Assembly: GCF_006345805.1 (NCBI RefSeq)
Contig: NC_043013.1
Span: 10,664,001-10,728,000, forward strand
Origin: Octopus sinensis
Taxonomy: Eukaryota
Direction: 5' to 3'
DNA length: 64,000 bases
Shown: in pieces, positions 11,846 to 26,556 of the stretch
How positions within the stretch are numbered: the stretch's first letter is position 1
How the letters are laid out: each line of letters opens with the position of its first letter
Program-made: the position numbers and the translations under genes
The notes under the pieces: generated by a model
The model's database searches: none
The model's input: the letters and a program-made list of their open reading frames with translations, nothing else
Told to the model about the DNA's origin: nothing

Positions 11846-12999
11846 GAGATGAAGAAGTCGTTGTTAGATTATAAGGTTCTATGTAACAAAATATTTTATT
11901 TATACGTCTAAGGTGGCAGGCTGGTGTAATCGTTAGCACGTTAGACAAAAGCGCTTCGCAGCATTTCTTCTTTATGTTCTGAGTTCAAATTCCGTCAAAG
12001 TCTTATTTCCTTACATCCTTGTCAGAGTTTGATAAAATATAGCATCGCTTGAAAACAGGGATTGATGTGATCGACCAACTCCTTCTCGCACAAAATTGCT
12101 GTCCGTGTCATCATTATCATCATTATTCTTATCAGGAAAAAGAGACTCATGGGAAAAGACAATTATCTTATATTTAAATATTTTGTTTAGTAAGGTTATC
12201 TTTTTCAGTACATTATTGGAATCACATTGTTAGTTAATGCATGGTCTTCGCTGTTCGTCTGTTTTCCATTTAACTCGGTATTCAGTGCCGTTTAGCTAAC
12301 ATTTATCTATATATAAGCATGTCTAAATGAAGCAATGCCGTTGGCGCATCTGTGTTTGAACTTGCCTTCCACTATTCTTACGTACTATTCACGATACTGC
12401 TCGACTGGCTGCGCACGAATAGATGCCGTTGTATGTGCTCCGTTTCTCTTAGTCTTACTGGTATGTGTTTTATATTGATCTTCGTGTTTGGAGCGCCTAA
12501 GTTACTTACTTTCAAAGTGTTTCCTTTAAAGTAATTTTCTTGTAATTGCGATTGATAAGAAAGTGGTTATTTACTCATGCCAGGAATCTTTTAAAAATGT
12601 TGATATCTGCACTTAGTATGAAGCTATAAACCAGATAGTATCTTGAGCCTATTTTAAACCGAATGCCAAACAATGGGCCCAGAAGTAATCACAACTATTT
12701 GGCTCGTTTCGACTTGTCATTACCTAGAAACTGTTCTGACAAACTAAGACCAGTTAAAATTACAAAATATAGAGAATACGCAAGTGACTGATAATTAAAT
12801 CGAGGGTTTATATCACTCATGAAAGTTAAAGGTTGTTAAAAGCCTAAATTCACCAATAAAATATAGCACTTGAAAGAATTTGCTACAAAACAAATTCCAT
12901 TTAATCACAATACAACTGAAAAAAAAATTAAAGAGGACGTTTACAAAAGGAAGAAAAATAATGAAAAAAAAAAAGAAGACAAATAGAGGAAATAATATT

Positions 13000-13214
13000 T
13001 CTTTTATTTCCTTGAGTCATTTAACTGTGGCCATGCTGAAGCCACGCATTTAGTCGAACAAATCGGCCTGGAACTTATTCTTTGTGAGCTTATTCTATCG
13101 GTCTCTTTTGCCGAACCGCTAAGATAGGGGACCTAAACACACCAACAAGTGATAGTGGAGGAACAAACACAGACACAGACACACACAAACACACACACAA
13201 ATATATACATACAT

Positions 13215-13271
<57 letters not shown>

Positions 13272-13272
13272 G

Positions 13273-13328
<56 letters not shown>

Positions 13329-13486
13329 ACGGGATTCTTTCAGTTTCTGTCTATCAAATCCACTCACAGAATTTGTTCGGCCCGAGGCTATAGTGGAAAA
13401 CACTTGCCCAAGGTGCCATGCAGTGGGACTGAACCCGGAGCCGTGTAGTTGGGGAGTAAGTTTCTTACCACACAGCCACTCCTACA
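13000..13486 (-). mobile_element. SINE family B
   Basis: Same two-part structure, with an expanded internal microsatellite. Confidence 0.8.
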
Positions 13487-13884
13487 CCTATATATATATA
13501 TATGTGTGTGTGTGTACCTGTTTAAATCGACCTCAGTACACAACTGGTACTTAATGTATCGACCCCGAAAGGATGAAAGGCAAGATCGACCTCGGCGGAA
13601 TTTGAACTCAGAACGTAAAGACAGACGAAATACCGCTAAGTATTTCTGCCAGCCCGCCATTTTTCCTTATAAATATATTACATTTATTCTTGACATATTC
13701 ATAACGCCTTGTGTTTTCAAAGATTTACTAATCAAAATCAAATTTTGCCGTGTGATTACAATGTTTAGGGGTCGATAAAATCAGTACCAGTTGAACACTG
13801 AGGTTCAAGTAATCGACTTACTCCGACGCTCGAAATTGCTGGCTCTGTGTGACAATTTGAAACTAATATTGTTTGAAACAATTT

Positions 13885-14310
13885 TAGTTACACGTAATGA
13901 ATTTCATTGATTTATGCTGTTCAATGTTTCTGACTTGTGAGCTATAATTATAAATTTTATTTACATGAGCTTTCAGTCATACTGTTGTAAAGTTTTACGG
14001 ATGATAGGTTTGGTTGCTTTGATTGACTTTCTATTTTGTGTATGATGATCTCTTCGTTATAGGACCTATTGAGTGAGGACATATAGGTGTCTACGTGAAT
14101 AAGTACACCGAGTTGTACAATATGTAATATGGTTTATATTTACCATATTTGCAGCTGTACTTATTTTAGGGCTATATCTGAATAGTTTTCTATATCAACG
14201 GCCTGTAGGGAAATGTTTATCGATTGATTTTAGAAAGGTTATCCAACATTGGGTTTGACATTGAGTGAGTAAAAGTGGGAACATATTAAGCCTAGTTTCC
14301 ATTGTTTACA
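13885..14310 (-). mobile_element. Degenerate Penelope-like element (thumb/linker into GIY-YIG endonuclease)
   Basis: The minus strand gives, with frameshifts, NVKPNVG..LKSIDKHFP...YRKLF...KIS, like the PLE pattern NVKTNIG..FL.LIDKHFP....KIFNRNT.K.SYSC. CPL- and Y.(G)MTE-like remnants follow. Confidence 0.65.
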
Positions 14311-14737
14311 GCTAGGGTTACAGCTAATCGAATCTTTTAGATGTCATTTTCATAAGTAGCCATCTTGTCACAAATATCTTTACTTTCAAAATATGGATTC
14401 AAAATCATTTTACATTCTTTGTTCATATATTCTTTAAAAATAAGGTCGGACAGCATATACTGGTGTGAAAATAAATTACTTTTCCCTTTGGTTTTCTAGA
14501 TTTTATTTGGAGTAATATCCGGGAAATTAAGAAATTCACTTCGTGATTTTGAGTCCGAAATTGCTCTATATTTGCACAATATCCATCCTTTAATGCCCCC
14601 AATGTTTGTTAGAGATGGAAAAGCCAAAGTATTTAAAGGTAAATAATATTCATTTAAAGATGTTTTTGTTACATGTTGTTATTGTTTTTGCTAAAGAAAA
14701 TGTGTTGAAAAAACCTCAATAATTATGCACCCACACA

Positions 14738-14784
<47 letters not shown>

Positions 14785-14981
14785 ATATGCATATACAAAA
14801 TAGGCATAATGGTATATATATAATATATATATATATGCATAGGGACATTATATGTGTGTGTGTGTGTGTGTGTCAGTGTATTTCCGTGCACGTATGCACA
14901 TAAGTATTTGTGTATGACTAAAAGCTATAGCAACTTAACTAGGCACCTTCCACCACCAGCGCCTCTCTTTCTCTCCCGTCT

Positions 14982-15012
<31 letters not shown>

Positions 15013-15481
15013 CACTACTACTGCTGCTGCTGCAGTCACTTGTGATTGCGTTACTGTCATTACTACTGTTACAGGCTGGCATTGCTGCTGCTGATGTTGT
15101 TGCCACCGACACTGTCATGCTTCTTACTACTACTCTTCTGCCTGTCCGTCTGTCTCTTTTTCTTTCTCTCCCTCTCACCCTCTCTCCAAATGCAAACCAC
15201 ATCTCCTCCTCCAACTACCACCATCATCACAAAACACCTTGCACTTGTTATTACTTCTACTACGGCTATTATAAAACTTACTCTCACTATCACCACAACC
15301 ATCACATCCAGTGCTTCTGCCTCTACCACTCTTTCTTCAGATTCTACTACATTCGTTACTACTACTCACACAACAAACACTATTACCACCAGCACCACCA
15401 TCACCACCACCACCACCACCACCACTTTTTCTTATTTCTAGTAGAATGTCTATTAGATAATCTGCTACTACTGCTGCTGCA

Positions 15482-15530
<49 letters not shown>

Positions 15531-16021
15531 TCACCGCAACAACAACCACGAAATCAGGGGTCTGCTTCAACTACTTCCACTACTACCACACAGACTATCC
15601 ATTCTGACTACTACAGCTACTACATATACTATTCCACTAATTACCAACACACCATGACCACTACCATCCCCACCACCACCACCATCAGCATCACCTCTAC
15701 CACACCACTGACACCATCATCATCATCATCACCAACAACGCTATGAAAGTCACTGTCAAACATCGTTTGTCACCCACTACTTACATTATCGACTCATAAC
15801 TGACCGCCACCACCCCCATCACCACCACCCGCACCACCACCACCACCACCACCACTACCACCGCCACCACTTCTGACGCCGCCGCCGCCGCTTCAAGCGT
15901 CATCCTCATCAACATCGGCAGCAGCATTTGGAGGCATGGAAGCAGTATTTTTCCTTCGACTCCAAAACGAATACCAGAAACGCCATTGATGACGGCATTA
16001 ACAGCAGCAGAACCATCACCG

Positions 16022-16057
<36 letters not shown>

Positions 16058-16078
16058 ACATCATATTTATCATCATCG

Positions 16079-16121
<43 letters not shown>

Positions 16122-16223
16122 TGTTATCGTCATCATCAGCAACAGCAGCTAAGGACCATTGTAAGTAGTAGCAGCAGTAAATAAGAAGCAGAAGTAGGAG
16201 TAACATTATATGAAGTAGTAGTG

Positions 16224-16274
<51 letters not shown>

Positions 16275-16544
16275 ACAGCAGCAGCCGGACACGCCAGCAA
16301 CAGCAGCAACAGTAACAGCAAGACACCCTCCTCCCCCCTCCCCTAGAACAGCAGCAGAAGCTGCAAAACAGCAGCAGCGAGCAAGCAAGCAATTAACAGC
16401 AACAACAACAGCAGCAGCAGCAGAAACAGCAGCAGCAGCGAGCAAGCAAGCAATTAACAGCAACAACAACAGCAGCAGCAGCAGAAACAGCAGCAGCAGC
16501 AGCAGCTGTAAGTAAGCAAGTAAGAACTGTAGGAAGAGAGATAT

Positions 16545-16612
16545 TTACCATTAAATCTACAGTTTTAGTTTAGTTTCAGTCGGTGAGGCAGTCCAGAGAA
16601 GTGAGAGACTGC
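16545..16612 (+). promoter_or_regulatory. Candidate core promoter/TSS region of the Hox gene
   Basis: Unique sequence just after the CAG-repeat block, with stacked Inr-like motifs TTAGTT-TAGTT-TCAGTC (16565-16581) and CCATTAAATC (Hox-type TTAATGG on -) upstream. A purine-rich leader runs to ATG 17098. The TSS is inferred only. Confidence 0.25.
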
Positions 16613-17097
16613 TGAGGGGAGGAGTAAAAATCTGGCAGTGAGACACACAGAGAGAGAGAGAGAGGAGACAATAGCGTGTGGGAGACAGTGTGAGGAGGAA
16701 AAAGAGACGGAGGAGGAGGAGGAGGAGGAAAAGGAAGAGTGAGGCAATGAAAGAGTTTTGCTCTTTCTTATTGTTTGAACGTTTGTTTCTTTTTTTTTTA
16801 ATTTTTATTATTATTTACTTTGGAGAATACAACAAGCAAAGAGTGCCGGCTGGCTGGTTTGCTGGCTGGCTTACTTTTCAGCAGTGGTGAAGAAACGGAC
16901 TGGAAGATAAGCAAGTGTTTTGTTTTTGTTATTTTTTTTTAAACTGTTTAGAAGAAGACACAAGAAGAAGAGAAGGAGAAGGAAACGAAGAATAAAGATA
17001 ATTAAAAAAAAAAAATAAATAAAAGGAGGACAGAAGGAAAAAATATAAAAAAAGAAGGAAGGAGTAAAGGCAGGAAGAAAAGAAAGAAAGAAGGAAG

Positions 17098-18391
17098 ATG
17101 GCGTCAGCTTTACACGCAGCTAACCCTGAAAGTTGGTCGCTGAAAACCCTACAACCGAACCGTCATCATTTATCGCCGTCCTTAATGCAACAGACCCTCC
17201 AGGCCCACACCAATATCAGTGTGAACAATCATTTGGCACATGTAAATTCGCCCCATGTTAATTCGCATTCACAATCACATGTAAATTCAAATTCACATGC
17301 AAGCGGACAGGCAAATGCACAAGCACACGTACATATGCAACTGCACCCGGCCCACAGCAGCAGTAACAACAGCAGTAATAGTATTAATAATAGTAATAGT
17401 AGTAGTAGTAATAATATAACTAATAACAGTAGTAGTAATAGCAACAGCAGTAACTCTAGTAGTTGTAGTAGTAATAGTAATAATAATGGTAATAGTGGTA
17501 CTAATAATAATAGCACGGCCCCTGTTCCTGCACTGACGAATACAATCGCTAATCCTGTTTCGACCCCGAATTTAGTTCCGGGTGGATCAACATCATCACC
17601 ACCGGCAGCGGTAGCAGCATCAACAGCAGCAGCAACAGCAGCGTCAGCAACAACATCACCAGTAGCAGCAGCAGCATCAGCAGCAGCATCAGTGACAGCG
17701 GCAGTAATAGCGGCCCTGCCTGCAGCACCGCCGTCACTACCATCCCATCATCAACAACAACAACAGCAACCTGCCCATCACAACCCTGTTCAACATCATT
17801 TACAGCAACACCAACTACAACAACAACAACAAGCTCACACACATCAAACTCATTCTCTGTTGAATCCCCTGCATCACCACCCCCATCAACAACAACAACA
17901 ACACCAGCATCCCAGTCCACAACATCTTCACCAACAACCCATACACCAAAACCCACCACCATCACATATACAATCACACCCGCAGCATCACCAGCAACAC
18001 CATCAGCAACCACATCACCAACAACAGCATCATCATCATCAGCAACAACAACAACAACATCAACAGCATCCACACTTACAACAGATGTCTCCACCCGGCG
18101 CTGCGGGTGTCTTGTCTGGCAGCGTTTTGGGGAAGCACTATCTACAAAACGGACATGCTCTCCAGGGGAACCCTCTCCTCGCAGCAGCGAACGCTTATAA
18201 CGAGAGGGCGGCTTACTGTTCCTACTTGCAGAATGGACTGGATTCTCGCAATAACCCTGAAATGACAGCAGCAACAGCGACAACAGTCCACCCTTATTCA
18301 CACAACCCGTTATCTCAGCAACATATACCGGCCCCTAGAAGTCCACCCGAAGATCACAACTCTGTTTTTTACCCATGGATGGGAATTGTTG
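17098..18391 (+). CDS. Lox4: Hox gene coding exon 1 (Lox4-like; Ubx/abd-A-related lophotrochozoan central Hox); homeobox exon not in window
   Basis: The 433-aa ORF starts at ATG 17098 and has poly-N/S, poly-A and Q/H tracts typical of transcription factors. It ends ...SVFYPWMGIVG with G|GTAAGT at 18391/18392 (phase 1), the classic hexapeptide/linker intron position. From memory, FYPWMG(I/V)VG fits Lox4 better than Lox2 (YPWMSIVG). Hox identity ~0.95; paralogue call less certain. Confidence 0.8.
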
Positions 18392-18397
18392 GTAAGT
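18392..18397 (+). other. 5' splice donor of Hox intron 1
   Basis: Consensus GTAAGT directly after the YPWMGIV codons; the unspliced frame stops at 18399. Confidence 0.9.
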
Positions 18398-18738
18398 AAA
18401 AAGTTACAGATCTAATCTACCTTTGTGCGTGTTTATTTACATACAGTAAATAAATTACATACATATAAAATATGTGTATATGCATATATACATATACATA
18501 TAATGTATATATATATTATATATATTGTTCGCAATATAAGGAACATAACATATATATATGTATTATATATATATAAAATAATGATATTTAGATTATAAAA
18601 AGATAAAAATATCTGGCGCATAAAATATTGGTGTAGCGCTCTTGCTCGCTATCTTTTACAAACATGCATACACATACACAATACAAAAACAAAACTGTTT
18701 ACATATTTATGTCAGTGTATATCTGCACACACACACAC

Positions 18739-18772
<34 letters not shown>

Positions 18773-19253
18773 AGATTATATAAGGATCAGATCGTTATTT
18801 AAATACCGATTTTTATCAGGTGGCCAGCAATGAGATTGAAAACCTTCAAAGGTAATAATTATTATTAAAATTATAATTTACGGTATCCAAGAGATGCCAC
18901 CATGCTGGAAATAGCAGCGAAAACTTGACTCTAAAACACATCAAAATGTTCATACACCACTCTCCTGGTGCTGTAAGAATTATAATTTTAATAATAATTA
19001 TATATATATATATATATATATGAGTATGTATATATGCATGTCTCGCTCTATATATATATATTCATATATATAAATAAATATATATATAAAATGTCTGTGT
19101 TTGTGTATTTGAGTGTATATGTGTGTGTGCGTGTGTGTGTACATATAGATGAATATGTCACAAAAATATAACTTTTTAAATATCACAACTATATAATAGG
19201 TAGGTAGTTAGATAATTAGTAGTTTCTACATGTATGTATCGGTTTTTCTAACA

Positions 19254-19308
<55 letters not shown>

Positions 19309-19941
19309 CATCCATCTATCTGCCTATCTATTTAACTATTTATCTATTTACGTATCTATTTACTCGCCCGCTTGCGTGCCTATCTATTTATCTAGCTCGG
19401 TATTTATTTTAAGATGTCCATATATATATATATATATATATATTTCTGTGTTTATATAGGCACGTGTGCGCGTATACACACATATTGTAAACACTCACAT
19501 AGTTTTTACACTTTTATGTCAAACACAAGTTCTTCAAATCAAATTTAAACAGAGGCGTATAGAGTTGTATGAGCGTTAACTAATACGATACTGAAGAGAT
19601 TAACAACCCAAAAATATTGAACGGACTCTACCGTAGGAAAGGAAGCACAGCCAACATTTGTAAGCAAAGTCTTCATAGCATGCTATACAAATGTATGCGT
19701 GTGTGTGTGTGTGCAGGTATATATATATATATATATATATGTACATGCTGAGAGAGTGAGAGAGAATATTTTCGGTGTCTGTTCATATCAAATAAATGCC
19801 TGAAAATCCCTCACTGATATCAGCAGATATTTTGCAATTGTAAACAAGGAGAATGGTGTGAGCGTGTCGTTTTATATTAAATCATATATTAAATATATCA
19901 ATATAATTCTTTAAAATTATATTTATATATGCACACAGATA

Positions 19942-19973
<32 letters not shown>

Positions 19974-20008
19974 GTATATATATATATATATATAATATAT
20001 ATATATAT

Positions 20009-20042
<34 letters not shown>

Positions 20043-20111
20043 ATATACATTTACATATATAAACATATGCATATATACATATCTAACATATATACACACA
20101 TATATAAACAT

Positions 20112-20144
<33 letters not shown>

Positions 20145-20410
20145 ATATGTGCACACATATATATACACACAAATATATATATAAATTTATGTATATATAT
20201 ATATATGTATATATGTATATATACATGTTATATAATATATATATATATAATATATATAATATGTGAATGTATGGTTATATCTGTGTATGGGTGTTTATGT
20301 CTCATACACGAGAAATATGTATGACAGGCAGACGACAGACAGTCGGACAGACAAACAGACAGACAGATAGGTAGGTAGATAGATAGATAGATAAATAGAT
20401 AGATAGATAT

Positions 20411-20499
<89 letters not shown>

Positions 20500-21761
20500 T
20501 AAATAGATAGATAGACGTCTTAACAGCATATTGTTGCTCAACTGATTAAGTTCTTTCTTAACCTCAAAAATAAAATTATCTCTTTAACTGAAACAAATTT
20601 TTATGTTTTGAAATAAATGATTATATTGAAAATATTTAGAGAAAAAAACTTTACGATATCACTAAATCCTCTCCATTAAGCTAATCTTTAGCAATAAACT
20701 TGCCGAAAAAATTTTTTTTCTTTTCAATTTTAGTTTCCTCGAAATATTCCTAAAATATGTGTCTCGCGTAAGTAACACTGGTAGACGTATGTTCACAAAT
20801 TGCATGAAAATTTGTATTTTAAAGGGTGGTGAATTGGGAGAAATGGAAATGGGTTTAATAGGTCAGGAATACCTAAAACAAGAATATTTTTTTTACTCAA
20901 AAATGTTTGAAACTGTTGAACAAAATTGCACAAAATTACTCAAGAAATTTTCTATTTGTACATTTTTCAAAATTTACGGCCGACGAAAATTTTTAGATAT
21001 ATGGAGAATATAAATATTTTATAGGTAAAAAATATATCTAGATAGAGATATGTGTGTGTATTTATAGATATATATTTACTTTATACAGAATGACAGTTGT
21101 CAATAGATAGAAATATTTATACATGCATACTTTCACACACACACACACACATGTATATGTATAAGGAAAATTTGAAAATGCATATGTATATATATAGGTA
21201 TATATAGAGATATATGTTTAAATACATATACATATAAAAATATATGTATATATGCTGGTATGCATGTATACATGATATATAATATATATACATGTATCTG
21301 TATATAGATATATATATATATACATATATTTATATCTATATTACATATATATATATACATATTAATATATATATATATATATATAATATATATATATGTA
21401 ATATATATATATGTAATATATGCATATATACATTCATAGATATACATACCTACATATTTATTGTACATATACATGCATATATGGGTACAGGACATCAAAA
21501 AATCGTGAACAAAATGAGAAACGAAAACATAGAAAACGAATTTTTTTTTTCGGACAACGAAAACAAAACAAAAACAGAGAAACTAGACATGAAACATAAA
21601 GAACATTGCCTTCACCAGTTGTTCCTGTTTCATCTACTCCGCGTTTCGAAACCTTTGAAACGCGGAGTAGATGTAACAGGGACATCTTCGTTGTTCGAAA
21701 AAAAGTTCCTTTTCTAAGTGTTTGTTTTATGTTTTCGTTTCTCATATATATCTATGTGTAT

Positions 21762-21815
<54 letters not shown>

Positions 21816-22689
21816 GTTATTTTATTATATTAAATCATTTATTAAATATCGTATATAATTGTTAAAAATTATATATATTTAATATAATACATATCATATT
21901 ATATCAACAACTGAGTTATTCTATTACTTTTGCTAAATTTTAATAAAAAAAATATTATATCATATTTTATATATACATATTACACACACACACACACGTG
22001 TATGTATATCTGTATAGAGGCATAGACATATTTATATAGAATATAAATATAATAAAACTGTCAGTTAATCGTTCACCTTTGTTATTTATATTTGATTTTA
22101 ATGTCTTTTTGTGTGACATTTAATTAATTCTTCAAACACAAATATTATCAAAGTCCTATTTTTTTTCGACTTCTTTGCGTTACAATATCTGTGAGTATAT
22201 TGATGTATACATATATCCATCCATACATAATACATGTATACATACATAAATACATATATATATGTGTGTGTGCCTATATACATATATAATATATACGTGA
22301 ATATATTTTAAAATTTGTATACTGTATATGTATAGATATTTATATACGTATATTATATATACATAAATATATACTTTTTAAGCTTGTATATATGAATAGG
22401 TATTTAGATACGTATATTATAAATGTATATATGTATGTATGTGTGCGCACGCATGTGCATATAATGTGTGTTTCTATATCTAAGTATATTTGTGATTCCC
22501 TATAATAAATGAGAAATCTTTTGTACGCTACTTTTGCGAGAGAACCTTTTAGATAACAACAATATTCTTAGAACGTTCTGCAAAGGAATACATGCCATTT
22601 GAGCCATCTTTTCTTAATATTATGCTAGCTACAACAGGAGGCCGCCGCTATTTTCAGTTATATATACAAATATATATATATATATATAC

Positions 22690-22748
<59 letters not shown>

Positions 22749-22959
22749 TATAATATATCATGTGAAAATTAAATATATTATGTTGTTTATATATATATAT
22801 ACCACAACAAATTATTTATATATATACATATATATAAAATATTATACATATATATATATATATATTTATGTATATATACATAAAAAATATAATATATAGA
22901 TATAAATATATATATTATATATATATTATATAGATGTATGTATATATGGATGTATATAT

Positions 22960-22993
<34 letters not shown>

Positions 22994-23029
22994 CATATAT
23001 ACATATACATGTATCTGTGTATTGATGAT

Positions 23030-23061
<32 letters not shown>

Positions 23062-23180
23062 ATCCCACTACATGTGTGTGTCTGCACGCGCATGTGCAAG
23101 TATATATCTATACAGATTTATGTATATGTGTATATTTATATGTGTTTGTATGTATATGTATATGTATATGTATGTGTATG

Positions 23181-23218
<38 letters not shown>

Positions 23219-23442
23219 CATTGTATATATGTGCGTATGTGTCTGTGTTTGTGTGTATAGCTTACAGTCATACGTATATATATATATATATATATACGAC
23301 CACAAAAAATATAATCATATGATATATTTATGCAACCCTATATGTAATGTAGTTCAACTTAAAAAATCATAATCACATTTAAGATATTGTTGATTCAATA
23401 TCGTTATGAAATTTAGGCAAATACAGATGTCAGATTGTGCAA

Positions 23443-23542
23443 NNNNNNNNNNNNNNNNNNNNNNNNNNNNNNNNNNNNNNNNNNNNNNNNNNNNNNNNNN
23501 NNNNNNNNNNNNNNNNNNNNNNNNNNNNNNNNNNNNNNNNNN
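23443..23542. other. Assembly gap (100 N)
   Basis: Run of exactly 100 N, a placeholder of unknown true size. Confidence 0.99.
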
Positions 23543-23632
23543 AAAGTTCGTGCGCCATATTAAGCATTATATTAACACGGCATTATTTTTAGAATAATGC
23601 TTAACACGGCGCAGGAACTTTTCCTCAAGCTA

Positions 23633-23665
<33 letters not shown>

Positions 23666-23681
23666 CGCGCGCGCACACACA

Positions 23682-23752
<71 letters not shown>

Positions 23753-24833
23753 TATACATATATATGACATTAAAAAATTAGTTCTTTGTCATAAGTACTG
23801 CCTTGTAGCTATTAGTTTTCACTTTATTTACCCTGATATTGTTACTTTTAGTAATAAACCGCTGGATTCCCGGTCAGCGTTGAAATTATTAATGCAGTGA
23901 ACACTGCCATGTAGAATGCTACTGCTCAGATGTCGAAACCATAGTGATATCCGTTTAGACAGCTAATGAAGGTACCACACATATCTTATGCGCGATTGTG
24001 AATTTCTTGCATCTTCGTTTCGTTATTCTGGTTTGCTGCTTATTCTTCAAAAGTGAAAAGAGTTCGTGGATTCATAGTTTGTGGGATTCGCTTACTTTGG
24101 TATTGTTTGTTTTGGTTTCATAAGTTAATTAGGCTTGGAAAACACTTAGATACTAGTATTTAGTTTTGAGACGTACTGCGGCATATATATGTATATATGT
24201 GAGTATGTATGTATGCATGTGTGTGTATGTGTGTGTGTGTGTTGTGTGTGTGTGTGTGTGTGTATGTGTGTCTATGTGGGTGTACTTGATCCTCAATAAT
24301 AAAAATCCGTTTCAGGTTCGAGTTCAACAAGCATTTTAAAACCGTTCTGCTCCTTAAAACTTCTCCAATGTATAGAATAATGATGTTGGATTTTTGTGTA
24401 ATGCAATTAAGTGAAAGGTAGTCCTCAATAGTGTTACATAGTCTAGATTAACGTATGTAGATATATAGATATATTTATGTAGATAGGTACTTCGATAATA
24501 AATATATTTTCTCAAAGTGCGTGCGTATGTACATACGTGTGTGTTTCACCCAAAACTGTATGGTAATTGAGACGTCAAAATTGGCTGAAACAGCTACAAA
24601 AGTTTTGGAGTGTGCTAGCTCTGATTCATTTCTGATCAACTAAAACTATGATCAGAGGCATTTCAACCGCCAGTTATAATATATTTGTTAAGCCATTATG
24701 TACCTCGGATTATATTATTGTCCAAGGTGATCTTTCTTTCAAGACGAGAATAGTTTGGCTATGGTGAGATTCAGCTGCTATAGTTTGTTTGTCGAACGAC
24801 CAAGTAGCGTTTTCCTGCGCAGTACATATATAT

Positions 24834-25042
24834 ATTTCTTTACTACCCACAAGGGGCTAAACACAGAGAGGACAAACAAACGGATTAAGTCGATTATATC
24901 GACCCCAGTGTGTACTTATTTAATCGACCCCGAAAGGATGAAAGGTAAAGTCGACCTCGGCGGAATTTGAACTCACAACGTAGCGGCAGACGAAATACGG
25001 CTACGCATTTCGCCCGGTGTGCTAACGTCTCTGCCAGCTCGC
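24834..25042 (-). mobile_element. SINE family A
   Basis: Near-full copy with head, B-box, core and tail-1. Confidence 0.85.
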
Positions 25043-25119
25043 GCAGTACATATATAGCCGTAGACTCATCATAATCATCAGCAGCAGCGGCAGCAGTAGC
25101 AGCAGTAGTATTAGTAGAT

Positions 25120-25189
<70 letters not shown>

Positions 25190-25609
25190 ATGGATGGACG
25201 GTCAGAGAGACGGACAGAAACACGGACAGACAGGCGAACGAACAAACAGACAGAGTGAGAGAAAGAGAGGGAGGGAGAGAGAAATAGAGAGTTATGACAT
25301 AAGAAGATGATAGATAAGAAGATAGATAGGTAGATAAGAATTCGAATGAGATTGATGGAAATATCTAAATAGATAGATAGATAAATAGATAGATAGATAG
25401 GTAGGTAGGTAAATAGGTAGGTAGGTAAGTAGGTAGGTAGGTAGGTAGGTAGATAGGTAGGTAGGTATGTATGTAGGTAGATGGTAGATAGACAGAAAGA
25501 CAGCTAGAAAGACAGACAGACAGATAGATAGACAGGTAGGTAGGCAGACAGACAGACAGACAGACAGACAGGTAGGTAGGCAGACAGACAGACAGACAGA
25601 CAGATAGAC

Positions 25610-25673
<64 letters not shown>

Positions 25674-26064
25674 GCATACATAATTCAAGCATAATACATA
25701 CATACATACATACATACATACATACATACATACACACATACATACATACATACATACATGCATACATGCATACATACATACATACATACATACATATAAA
25801 GAATTGGCAGGTAAACCTAGAGTGGAAGCTAGAGAAACAAAAACTGGATCAAATAGCAAGTTTTGTTTCTACTCTTTCTTTCTTTCTTCGTTTCCATCGA
25901 TTCCCTCAATTCCGTGTTCCTGTCTCACCACAAACCTAACACGCCATGTATCAGAATATTTTTGCATATAAAGCGCATTTAAAGCCCTTCCTCCAACTCA
26001 GAAAGGGTGAGGAGTGTGCTACCAGTTAGTTAGGCACCAAAAGTTAGTTTCCCCTTTACCTATT

Positions 26065-26072
26065 TATTTATT

Positions 26073-26137
<65 letters not shown>

Positions 26138-26279
26138 CATTATTATTTCATCATCATTATTATTATTATTATATTATTATCATTATTATTTCATCATCAT
26201 TATTATTATTATTATTACTATCATCATCATCAGCAGCAGCAGCACTACTACTACTTATTGTTATTATTATTATTGTTGC

Positions 26280-26336
<57 letters not shown>

Positions 26337-26374
26337 CATCATCATTATTATTATTATTATTATCATTATTATTA

Positions 26375-26409
<35 letters not shown>

Positions 26410-26449
26410 ATTATTATTATTATTATCATTATTATTATCATCATTATTA

Positions 26450-26480
<31 letters not shown>

Positions 26481-26524
26481 TATTGTCATCATCATTATTA
26501 TTATTATTATTATCATTATTATTA

Positions 26525-26556
<32 letters not shown>

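Noticed and set aside
15042-15746. 234-aa ORF upstream of the Hox exon
   Set aside because: Non-ATG start, built from trinucleotide repeats, with no domain or clear splice signals.
16605-16610. DPE downstream of the TCAGTC Inr
   Set aside because: AGACT is at +29 rather than +28 and deviates from consensus.
17549-18301. 250-aa antisense ORF
   Set aside because: Shadow of the CAN-rich Hox coding strand.
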